Source: Takakia lepidozioides
Lineage: Eukaryota > Plantae > Bryophyta
DNA: 64,000 bases
Direction of reading: 5' to 3'
Assembly: GCA_030704615.1 (NCBI GenBank)
Contig: CM060732.1
Location: 18,414,001 to 18,478,000, forward strand
Position numbers and translations under genes: made by a program
Part shown: positions 48,526 through 60,129 of the stretch, in pieces
How positions within the stretch are numbered: position 1 is the stretch's first letter
How the letters are laid out: every line of letters starts with the position of its first letter
Notes under the pieces: generated by a model
Databases searched by the model: none
What the model was told of the DNA's origin: nothing
The model's input: only the letters and a program-made list of their open reading frames with translations

Positions 48526-51145
48526 ATGGCGGAGGAGGAAGACAGATGAGGTCATCCCAGGGATAACGATAATGAACCTGGACCTCCAAAAAAAAACCAA
48601 AAGGGGCCAGGCGCGAACTTTGTTGGGACATATACAATGACCCCAACATTCTTGCGGAACCAGGTTGGGAAGTTTGGAAGTTAGGGCAGCGGTGGTCGCT
48701 TGGTGACTGCAGGAAATTTGTGGACTGGTGTCACATAAATCGTTTGTGGCCCAGTGATAGTTGAAGGAGCAGGGATAGAGTGTGGGTCCAGATTCATCCA
48801 AGAGGGCCAGATTTCATGATCCACAAACCAAACAAAATCAAGCTAGTTTGCATTCATGCGCCAACCCGCATTTCCGCCACAGGACAGAGGAGATATATAC
48901 AACATTGTGGGGTCAACCGCTCGTCAACAACAAGGTCCCGTATTTATTTGCGGCCATGTTGTACACAAAGTTGATTTTATTGCGACCGGTGGATTGACAA
49001 ACTGCCACTGCGAGACAGCGTACTAGACTATACATGTTCTCTGATATCCCAGACTTGTATATACGTCAGGGGCAGGACATCATACGGTTCGATGGAAACA
49101 ACGAGGTGGAAGAAGGAGGAAAGACGGATGGAAACGACGATGTGGAAGAAGGAGGAAATGCAGACCAACCTCCAGATTATACGCCGCAACGGGTCTCCGC
49201 AGCCGGACCTTCAACGTCTAAGGTGGAGGGGTGCAAGGTACGCTCTCCATTGGAGGAACAGTTGGCCGCACATGAACAACACATCAAAGACCTGTAGGAC
49301 ATTGTTCATTTGCAACGGTGACAACTAGCAAAGTTGCTGGAAAGAATGGGGTTGGGGACTCTTGACAGCGTACGCAGTGTGCTTCAGGACCCGAGGCCAA
49401 TCACCAACGAGCAAGACATATTGGCGCGTTTGAATATGCCACCAATGGACATTGACCGCGTCATCAACATGGTTGACTCAATCGGGCATGGGAATGAAGT
49501 GCAAACGTTTGAACTGGACCCGGCGAGGGTTGAGGAATAAAGACTTGCGGCGGAGAGGACAAGAAAAGGGAAGGACCTCATAGTGGAAACTGAGGAATGT
49601 TCAGCCGTGCAAATTACATCGGCCCAAGAACAAGAATTAGAGCAGCTTGTAGGGGAACGCGAGCAAGCTAGGGCTGTTGCATATCGGTACTCAAATGCCA
49701 TGCAAATCCGATCATGACCATGGTTGAAGGGGAATTGGCGGAATTGGGTGACATGGGCGGGCCATCTAACATCGCGGGAAACACGAATAGAAGAAGTGTT
49801 GTCCTCCCTCCAACGTGCAACACGTTTGTCGAATCGAAGCGTAGATAACATCTATGTTAATTTGCAAAGGCACGACACTGTGCGTGATGTATTCGTGTCG
49901 AAGTACACTGGATTCACCACATGGGGTGATGTGCATGCCATGTTTGAGCACTGTGTGCATACAATTTCCGATACCAATAACAGCATAAACTGGGATTTGG
50001 AAGTAGAGGAGGAGTGGGACACCAGGCCGAGGATGTCATCCTACATTAATGAGGATAAACGGACGTGGATACCACAGAGCAATCCAGCGTCATGGGTAAC
50101 AGATGGTACGGTGTGCACAATGTGCCTAAACCCTTATGGACCGGAGGGAGGCTATATGCTTGGTTCATGTGGCCATTTGTTCCATCCCACATGTCTCATA
50201 TCGGCAGCCATGCGAGCCAGCCAATGCCCTGACTGCCGTGGACCAATCCATCGACGTTTCTACAAGTTGTTTGGGTTGCAACACAATATGCCCACGCGAT
50301 ACGAGTACAACCGGTACAACATGCCATTGGATGTATCGCCTTACGATTTTTTAAATTAGCAGCACTAGGGGGAGACAATGACATGGGATGCTCCAAGAGA
50401 GATGCACGCCTTGGATGCGAAGACGTTAACTAGGGTTAAAGATCCGGTGACCTTTTGGGTGACATCCAACTGGGAAATAACCGTGCGTGCTAGAGGCATA
50501 CGGGACCCAGTCCAAAGAGATTTTTTTTGCCGGAACTTGGGAGGGCATTGGAGCTGTACCAGACAAAGATTCTTCCGACTGCTTGAGGATCCGTGGGTGC
50601 CAGCGGAAAACGACCCATACAATCGCGAACCGACTGGGAGAGACCTATTTCTGAGGGAGTTGGAAGCCACTAGCATCCGTTGGGAGGATATGAATGAGAC
50701 GTACTGGGTGCCTCGTCGGGATGATGGGCCATTTCTTCCAGAGTTGCGTAGAGACCCCCAGCAGGAGGAGGTGTTGGACAATTTCAAGGCTGCCATCACG
50801 AGTGTTCTAAAGTATTGGCAGAACACATGGCGTGACCAAGTTGCCCCTATTCCAGGGGTGTTCTTGCCACTTCCAAACATATCGGATTTAATTGAAAAAT
50901 TGCATGCCGCCGTAGCAAGAGCGACACACCCGGCTCTGGCAAATGTGGAAGAGAGTCAGCACTCGCCTAGAACGCTACGCATGATGGCAAGGGTGGACCA
51001 CACAACACTGGGTCCCTCTTTGACCACTCGAGCCCAGGCTCGAGCTCTCCGTACTGGTGGAGGCACGTCCTCTACACCCGGAGCATCTTCATCAACATCT
51101 GGAGATGACGACAACGAAGTAATAAATCTAGATGAAGATGACTAG
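48526..51145 (+). pseudogene. RING-H2 finger protein (about 870 codons, intronless), hAT cargo, decayed
   Basis: ORFs 48782, 49034, 49334, 49724 and 50378 are all in one frame, split only by single stops. At 50114-50236, CTMC...CGHLFHPTC...CPDC is a C3H2C3 RING. A coiled-coil-like stretch is present and the protein ends EVINLDEDD. Confidence 0.8.
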
Positions 51146-51239
51146 AAAGGCTAGAAACGTAGGGAGTAGGCCAAAGGTCTCAGGTTGCGAAAACTTAAAT
51201 GTGCAACCTACTATATAGTCTACATAATTTTTGGAAATA

Positions 51240-54200
51240 CGAGGTTCATCCTTTGAACCATTTTTTAATGACCTCATACTTGTTCGGTACCTGTTTGACG
51301 GCATGTACAATATACTGGCAAAGTTTCAAAACAATCAAAAAATGCTGAATGAAGATACCATTGGTTCACCCATTGCAATATTTTTAAATCGAACTCATAC
51401 TTGTCCGGTACCTTTAAGAGGGCATGTACAATGCAATGGCAAAGTTTGAAAGCATTCAGAAATCGGCACATCAAGTAACCATTGGTTCCTCATGTGAACC
51501 ATTTTTTATTGATCTCATACTTGTCCGGTCCATGTAAGAGGCATGTAGAACATACCGGCAAATTTTCAAATCATTCAAATTTTTTTTGATTAAGGAACCT
51601 TTGGTTTATCCTTTTCACCATTAACGATTAATCACAAATAAATGAACAGACGCATAAATCATTTGCCTCCAAATGATTTTGGTTCGCTTTGAGACTTGGC
51701 CAGTATATTCAATGTGTCATGGAAGAGGCCCCAGAGTAATATGAGATCAATCAAAATTTGTTCAATGGGCCGACGGATGGTTGCCCATCCAAATGATTTT
51801 CGTTCGCTTTGAGACTTGGCCAGTGTGTTCAATGTACCCTCTGATAGGTCCCAGTGTAATATGAGATCAATCGAAATTTGTTCGATGGGCCAATGAGGCG
51901 TTCAGTTGTCATCTGGTTTTTGTTCATTGCGAAAAAAAAATCCTGCAATGCGTGCACGACTATTGCACCCATTGAACGGATGTGGTTGAAGCCCCTCTTT
52001 TGCCCGCATGTGCTTGAACATGTGTGCGACACATGTGCGGAGACACAACAGACGAATAAATCATTTGCCTCCCCATCGACACCAAGCCATTCCATAATGT
52101 AATTGAATTTAAATTAATTTAAGCCAATAAATAGGTTTGCACTGCCTTTCATTGGGGGTTTCTGGCACGTATCGATTTTGTTTTTGGCTCAATTTTGTTC
52201 TGCGGCTTCTAGCATCCTAGCACTACTCCCCCGCCAAAATTTGGACCAATAAAAAATGCCCCAAAAAAAAAGTGTTCTCTTCGCTTACTATTGCAAAACT
52301 CTCTATGAAGAGTGCATGAAGTTAAACACAAATCAAGTTTGGAGTGCAAAACAGGGAAGAAACTGTGGTTTTGGGGTCCAAATGAATCATGTTCGCTCCC
52401 AAATTTAGCACGCACGTTGCATATGGCTACATTACACGCCCCATTCAAAAACCGAATGAAAAAAAAATCGTGAGCACACGAAACACAGTCCAACAGGTCC
52501 CAAAGCAATAGCAGATGTAGCGGAATACATTCAACGGGTGAACGGATGGTTGCCCATCCAAATCATTTTTGTTTGCTTCCAAACTTTGCCAGTACGTTCG
52601 AGACACCCTCTCACAGGTCCCAGACTAATATCAGATCAATCAAAATTCATTCGATGGCTCAACAGAGGTTGGCCATCGAGATGATTTTGGTTCGCTTTGA
52701 GACTTGGCCAGCATGTTCAATGTGCCATGGAAGAGGCCCCAGAGTAATATGAGATCAATCGAAATTCGTTCAATGGGCCGACGGATGGTTGCCCATCCAG
52801 ATGATTTTCGTTCGCTTTGAGACTTGGCCAGTGTGTTCAATGTACCCTCTGATAGGTCCCAGTGTAATATGAGATCAATCGTTAACGATTAATCATGAAT
52901 CATTCAACAGGGGAACTGTTGGTTCACCCTTTGAACCATTTAACATTGACATCATACTTGTCCAGTAACTTTAAGAGGGCATGTACAAGACACTCGCAAA
53001 GTTTCAAATGAATCCAAAATCATTTGGCAGGGGATTGATTGGTTCACCCATAGCCAATTTCAGGGGTTGGACTTGCAATTTGAGGGGCTGAAACTACCAT
53101 TCCAGGGGCTTCAATTGCCAATTTCAGGGGCTGCACTAGCAATTGCCATTTCACATGATACAGTTGCAATCTGAGGGGCGGGAACTGTCATTTCAGGGGC
53201 TAGAAGTGCAATTTGAGGGGTTGGAATTAAATTTCAGGGGCTTCAATTGCAATTTGAGGGGTTGGAATCGACAATTTCAATGGCTCAAATTACAATTTGA
53301 GGGGCGGCCGGGGTTGGTCATTTTAGGGACTGACCTTACCAATTTTAAGGGCTTGACTTGCATTTTGAATTGTAATTCAAGGGTTACAATGGGCCATTGG
53401 GGGGCTATAATTACCAAAGCAATGACATAAATCATTTGATAGCGGAATGATTGGTTCACCCTTTCAACCATTTTTTATTCACGTCATACTTGTCCGGTAC
53501 TTGTAGGAGGGCATGTGGCTGACACTTGCAAAGCTTCAAAGCAATGTAAAATCATTTGATAGTGGAACAATTGGTTCACCCTTTCAACCATATTTTACTA
53601 ACCTCATACTTGTCCGGTACCTTTAAAATGGCATGTGAAAGACACTTGCAAAGCTTTAAAGCACTCCAAAATCATTTGATATGTTCATGATTGATTCACC
53701 ATTTTAACCATTTTAGATTGATTTGAAACTTGTGAAAGACCTGTAAGAGGGCATGTACAAGACACTTGCAAAGTTTCAAATCAATTTAAAATCATTTGGT
53801 AGGGGGACGATTGGTTCACCCTTTAAACCATTTTAGATTGATGTCATACTTCTCAAAGACGTGTTAGAGGGCATGTAGAAGACACTTGCAAAGTTTCGGA
53901 GCAATAAAGTATCATTTCATCGGGGAAGTTTCCGTTCACCTTTTCATCCAATTTTGAATTGAACTGGATTTTTACTAAAAAAAAATGATTTAGAGGGCAT
54001 AGGATTGTGGGGCGCAATGAGTGTGAGGCGCAATGATTTTGTTTTTGGCTTGATTTTGTTCTGTGAGTTAAACCCTCACACCACCACATCCCTGCCAAAA
54101 AATGTACCAAAGAAAAATGTTTGGAAAAAAAAACGTTCATCCTTTGCTCTATGCTCACTATTGCAGAACTCTCTATGAAGAGTGCATGAAGTTGAAGATA

Positions 54201-54680
54201 ACTTCACCTTGGAGTGCAAATGAGGGAATAAAATGTGTTTTGGATACAGACGATGTATGTTCATGGTGATATTTTGCATGCAACTCTTCATGTTGTTATC
54301 AAGCATATGGATTCAGAATGGAATTAAAAACAATTCATGTGCAGGCGAAAGATTATTTTTCCTTATGAATTTGAATAACCGATTCAAACAACTTTGTTGC
54401 AGTTCAACTTTGGTCCATATGTGCTTAAGTACGTACAAATCACGTACACAAAGTTGCAAGCGAAGAAATAATCATTTGCCCCCTGAACGACTCGTTAAAC
54501 CTTTCAACCAATTTTCAATCATGAATCATTTAATAGTGGAACTATTGGTTCACCCTTAGAACCATTTTAGATTGACCTCATACTTGTCCGGTAACTTAAA
54601 GAGGGCATGTACAACACACTCCCAAAGTTTCAAATCAATCTAAAATCATTTGGCATGGGAACGATTGGTTCACCCATTAA
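51240..54680. repeat. Patchwork of a 120-bp satellite in both orientations, plus a roughly 21-bp tttgaggggc minisatellite (53060-53380)
   Basis: ttggttcacc-like anchors at 53451, 53571, 53691, 53811 and 53931 (period 120) and at 51361, 51482 and 51601. Reverse-oriented 120-bp copies at about 51660-51900 and 52540-52880. Confidence 0.85.
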
Positions 54681-54845
54681 CCCGGTGTACACTGTCACTC
54701 TTCAAGATTCGTGGGTGTGGTGCTTGATTATCCCATATGATGGACCCAGGTGTCATGGCCAAGTAACAAACCATTAAAACATTATGGTACGAGACAAACA
54801 CAATTGAAAACAACATTTATTCAAACATGGTGTACAGTCAGAGGT

Positions 54846-56353
54846 CTACAAGTTTCTATCCATCCTCCAGCAATTTTTGGGCTCAGGCAAATTGAATAGC
54901 CCCGTCATGAAACGCTTCACAACATTTTCTAGTTTGTACCGCAACTCTACTGTGTCTACACACAAGTTTTCCAGAGCGGAAGCAAAACAGGTTCCAGTAG
55001 ACATATCGTTGAACAGACTTGCATCGAACGTGTTACCCCCATTTATTGCCTGGGCTATCTTCCCAATTGCAAAGGTCTCTGATGGCACGGTTAGAAGGGG
55101 CCTACAAGATGTGCCATCTGACTGGTTGTTGGTTACATTATGAACAATTGCAATTTCAGGTGCAATCCACCATCTATGTGCGAGAGTCTTTATCATCTTG
55201 TCTCTGTTCTCGAAAATGTACAACGTGGTTTTTGGGTCATCCGTCGTGGAGGCCATCCCCCAATCGCATACCCCAATGTACACATCTTCAGATCCTTGTG
55301 GAAAATGCAACAAGATGTTGTCGGGGAACATGTCGTTGTGCAAGAGGTGGTGATTATGGACGTTGAGCATGATGTGCAAAAGCGCCCATGCCAATTGTGT
55401 GCAATTCTGTCGGAATCGAACTAGTCGGTTGACCTCCTGCATTTCCTGCTCCGTCCCCCGTCGTTTCATTAACTCTCTGTTATCCCGATCATTCCCCAAT
55501 TTCCTGTCAATACTCAACCATGATCGTATGGTCCTCCCATTCCACCAATGTGTGTAACCTTCATTTCGACGTGGATGTAACGCAAAATACTTTATGATGC
55601 CGAAATGATGGAACTTTACAGCCGACGCCTCATTGTTATGTTGGACTTTGGCAAGCTCAACATTTGTTTCCTTGGGCGTTTTCCCTGCTAGCTCCCAAGA
55701 TGAAGGAATGAATAGATCCCCAACAATTCTAACCCTTCGAATTGTACCATACCCTCCCTGTTTGGGCGTGTCGAGTTGTTGTACCTGTGCGTTTGTGGAT
55801 ATGTATCTCACGTTCAATGCCGCATCCGCGGACGAGGACCTTGCCTTCCCTGGAGTGGTTTTGTACGTCGTTTGGCGTGGGCCTTTGCCATGTCAGACCA
55901 CTAATCCACAAGCACAAACAACTCATCATCCGAAGTTGGCATGCGACCTTCAGCTACATGTGTTCTTGTAACAAACTTGTCTATGGTTTGCCTCAGATTC
56001 CATGTGGCATCATGGGCTCGGTTCTCCATCCATTTCGTGAATTGGAACTTTGCCCTGTCCTCCTCCCATTCATCCCCGGCCAAAGCCTCCCTCATTTTCA
56101 TCTCCATATTGTGCTGGAATCTAAGGAACCCCTCATTCCTATGTCGGACATACAAAAGATTCAAACGCATTATGTCATTGTCCTTCAAATAATCCAGCAC
56201 TACTTGATTCACCACCTTCGCGGCCTCTGCGTTTGGATAGTCTTTTTTGTTGACCTGACTATCCCGTTCATATGCATGTTTACGCTTCCTACCTTTACGC
56301 CCACTTCCCGAGGAATCCCCTGACACTGCGTTCGAAGCAACGTTTCCGGACAT
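54846..56353 (-). pseudogene. Protein kinase gene (intronless), hAT cargo; kinase domain open at 54846-55817, N-terminal part 56353-55901 cut off by a stop and a frameshift
   Basis: QGGYGTI (Gly loop), LAGK, NEAS, LLHNDMFPDNILL (catalytic loop), CDWGMA, WIAPE. Confidence 0.85.
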
Positions 56354-56719
56354 AATGAAAGTACTCTGAGGGATAGACGCGGCTTCGTAACGGAAAACTA
56401 AACCCAGACTATTGATAACCTTATATACTAGCAGACCAATTTCCTCACCATCTATTGGTATAGTACCCAAAGCAAACTCTCCCGCAGTCCAAGAAAAAAA
56501 AGCTAAAACTCCTCCCCCACACAAATCCACTTTCTCCCCCCCCCCCCCACTCTCAGTCCTGGCCACTGAAGTTTAACTCCAAGAAGCCCCAGAACCGCAC
56601 TCACAGAGAGGGAAAAAAATGGGTTGGGAATGAGGGGTAGGCCCTTATATACTGCTTGGAGAGGCCTGACGTGCGATCGCCTCTGCTGCCCATTCACGCC
56701 CCGCCACGTGTCCAGGGAG

Positions 56720-57123
56720 CGGTCGCACCTAATAACAAAAAAGAAAAAATCTGCGACCACCACTGGCTGGTGGTCGCACCCATTTAAAAAATAATTAAAA
56801 ATGGGCGTGGTCGCACCCATTTAAAAAGTAATTAAAAATGTGCGACCATCCTCTGCTGGTGGTCGCACCTATTTAAAAAAAATGAAAAAGTTGTGACCAC
56901 CACCTGCTGGTGGTCGCACCCAATTTTTTAAAAAAAAAAAATGTGCGACCACCCTCTGCTTGTGGTCGCATCTATTAAAAAAAATGAAAATGTTGCGACC
57001 ACCACCTGTTGGTGGTCGCACCCATTTAAAAAATAAGAAAAATGTGCGACCAGCCCCTTCTGGTGGTCGCACCTATTTAAAAAAAATAAAAATTTGTCCG
57101 ACCAAGCTTTGCTGACGGTCGCA
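56720..57123 (-). repeat. Palindromic TGCGACCACC array 3 (inverted relative to array 1), upstream of minus-strand TATATAA at about 56644-56650
   Basis: About eight units with A-rich spacers on the plus strand. Confidence 0.9.
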
Positions 57124-58181
57124 TGATTGACAATATAAATCATAATATATGAATTTTACAGATAATTAATGAAATCCACGTAATGAGGCCACATCGGTTC
57201 TCATAGTAAATAGTCAGTAGTAAAGTAAAAAAATAAACATATTTATGTACAGTAACGTCGGTTTTGGACGTGACGTGATGCACGTCCGTCGCTGATGTCG
57301 GACGTGACGCTGACGCGTCAACGCTACGTCACGTCCAAATTTGCAACTAGGGGCGGTGGCCGTCAAGTTTGCTGGGATCGGCACCAATGGTGGTAGAAAG
57401 AACTCTGGCCCTGTTATACAGCAAGAGAGAAGGAGCACTATAAAGATTGGAAGAAGGGGATCAATTGACCCTGGCCTCTGCCATGATCTTTGCAAAGAGA
57501 CACTAAACAGGGCATTTCTGCGACTCTTGGTCGTCGCAGTCTCGTCGCATTACCGCTGACGGGCGACTTCTAGCAGTCACAACCCCCGCGAGGTGGCGTG
57601 CCCTCGCCACGTGGCGGCCAAGGGGGAAATGACATCCTTGCGACTCCCCAACGTCACTGCCCTGTTGGAGCGTCGCTAGGCCATCCTAGCGACGACATGA
57701 CATCGCAATACCCCGTCGAGCTGGGCGTGGTGACGTTGCGACTCCCGCACGTCGCTGGGACGTCGCAGTACCCTCTAGCCTGGGGGTCTAGGATTGGGGA
57801 TTTCTGGTACGTAATGATTTTTGTTTTTACTCAATTTTTTTTTGTGAATTCAACCCTTGCACCACTACATCTGTGCAAAATATTGGACCACAAAAAAAAA
57901 TAAAAAAAATAAAAAATAAAAATAAAAAATTGCTCACTTTTTTAGACTCTCTATGAAGAGTGCATGAAGTTGTAGAGAACTTAACTTTGGAGTACAAATG
58001 AGGGAAGATAATATGGTTTTGGGTCCAGATGACTTTTGTTTACTCCCAATTTTTGCCCGTGCATTGCATATGTTGTCATTAAACATATGGCTTGAAAATG
58101 AAATTTAAAAAAAAATGTGTGCAGAGAGAGATGAGTATGAATGAATGCAGCAAAAAGAATAAAAAAAAGAAATGGAGGGGG

Positions 58182-58330
58182 GAGAGAGCGAATGTACTCA
58201 TAAGACGTTGTTTGCCGTAGCCTTACGGCCGTAGACCCGCCCTTAGTTTGGGTGGAACAAAGAGAGAAAAGCTATTACTGTCATGTGAAGACAGGATTTG
58301 ACTGATCCCTTCGAAGAAATTTAATGACAT
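58182..58330 (-). mobile_element. 3' fragment of the same LINE family as 14360-16641
   Basis: Reverse complement reads tttgttccacccaaact...ggccgtaaggctacggcaaacaacgtcttatgagtaca followed by a CT-rich tract, matching 16558-16635. Confidence 0.8.
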
Positions 58331-59364
58331 CGTCTGCCTAGAAAAATTTCCATTGTACTAGAGTCTAGTTTTTATCTCAGCTTACCTCTAATCCAGGTGG
58401 GTGGGAAGTAAAAACCTTAATTTTAGTTTCAATCGCCAAAGAGTTTAGTTCCACTTAAGAGTCAAACACTTTATAGACTAATACTATCAAACCAGATACT
58501 ATCTAAGGCAGAGCTATAGCCACTAAGTAAATGTATTCATTGGCTACGATAAGGACATGATAGCTTGAAGCATTACAACCAGCGTACTGAAATAATATCC
58601 TTCATGACTTTTCATACTAAAGGATATGCAGAGAACACCTGTGACTTATGAAAGTTGCAAGGAAAGACATGCTCTTAAGAGCCACCAATTCAAGGCTTTA
58701 AATGAAATCAGATTGTTGTCGTGGCAGTTTCTAGAAACCCTCGGAATTCAAATAGGTCTCAGGTATGCATAAGGAAGGTCCTACAATCACTCGATCTTTA
58801 GATCCAGATTGCTCATTTCCAGGGATGTGTGTGATCGAGTCCAAAGTTTTTCAATATTTAGTCTCCACGACACATAGTTTCGTTGAAATTTCGAATGACT
58901 CATTGACTGAACTTGGTTCAAGCTCATATTTGGTCCACATGTGCTTAAGTATGTTCAGATAACATATGCAAAGTTGCAAATGACGAGCATCAAGAATAAA
59001 TATTCACCCCGACGTCGTAGGCCCTGCATGAAGTTGAAGAAAACTCACCCTTGGAGAGCAAATGATGGAGGAAAATATGGTTTTGGGTCCAGATGACTTT
59101 TGTTCACTGCCAAATTTTGCACGCACATTGCACACGCAGTCATTAAGCATATGGCTTGAGAATGGGAAAAAAAAAAATCATGTGATTTCACAGGTCTACT
59201 AGATCCTTCCAAACTTCGAAAAAGTTGTCAGTTCAAAGCACATACCACTTTCTGGGTGGGGATCATATCATTCGAGATAAGTCTCACCGAGGTTTTGTAG
59301 AAGTTATCTGATGTATCTAGATGTCAACGTTGTCTACTCACAATGGATGTCTGCTACGACTTAG

Positions 59365-59876
59365 GTGATTATGTCAAACAACTCCCACAAAGGCAACGCC
59401 GTGCAACTGGAGCAAGTGATGCAAAATGGCACCAAGACTCTGCGCTATGTAAATCACATGGAGGTGGAAATGTGTATGGGATATCCAGCAAATTACACCC
59501 ATCATGTGCAAGTAAAGGGAGCCGACAATTACTTAAATGCTCTCATTACAAACATGTACATAAATATTTTTAGCTTATATTTATGACCAGCATAGTGTAT
59601 CTACGTGGTTTTGTGGAGGGAAAGAATGTGAATTAAATATGATGCAAGAGAGGCCAATTTACAATTGGTCTACATGAACATCACTAATCGTTTCGGTCGT
59701 TAATGTCATCCATTGATTGTACTTCGACCAAGCCTGAGGTGGTCAAGAATTTTCAAACCCCAAAAAAACATCCAGGAATGACACATAGGGATTATGCATC
59801 CACTCAGTTACGTTCTCGGTCTTCGCATAAGAACAGAAAGGAGAAGTTGAAGACCAGCATCAGATGGATGTTGCTA
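59365..59876 (+). pseudogene. C5 DNA methyltransferase C-terminal remnant (motif IX, possible motif X)
   Basis: AG/GT-bounded exon 59365-59511 reads VIMSNN...LRYVNHMEVEMCMGYPANYT (motif IX-like). IRWMLL at 59859-59876 resembles the start of motif X. Confidence 0.55.
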
Positions 59877-60129
59877 AAATGTAAAACTCTCATGTTTGCA
59901 TTTCAGAGGACTTTCTTTGGATAAAGCCAAATTTCACGTAGGGAATCCATTGATCCGGAGTGTTGAAAACTTGGAGTGAGGCCGATTCTCTTGTCTTTCT
60001 TGCATCTCTAACATGAGATACTCTAATGATAGTTTGGAACTGTTCGTAGTTGTGAACATTGTTCAACCAACATTGTTCTCTCTTTTTGACGATCCTGGTT
60101 TAAATTAGTGCAATGAAACCAAACAACCT

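Larger units (their letters stand above)
44771..57351 (+). mobile_element. Large (12.6 kb) cargo-carrying hAT-type DNA transposon
   Basis: Perfect direct repeat GGCGGTGG at 44763-44770 and 57352-57359; imperfect TIRs CAAGGTTGCACA and TTTGCAACTAGG; ACGTC/GACGT-rich subtermini at both ends; BED-finger transposase remnant inside the left end. Confidence 0.8.
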
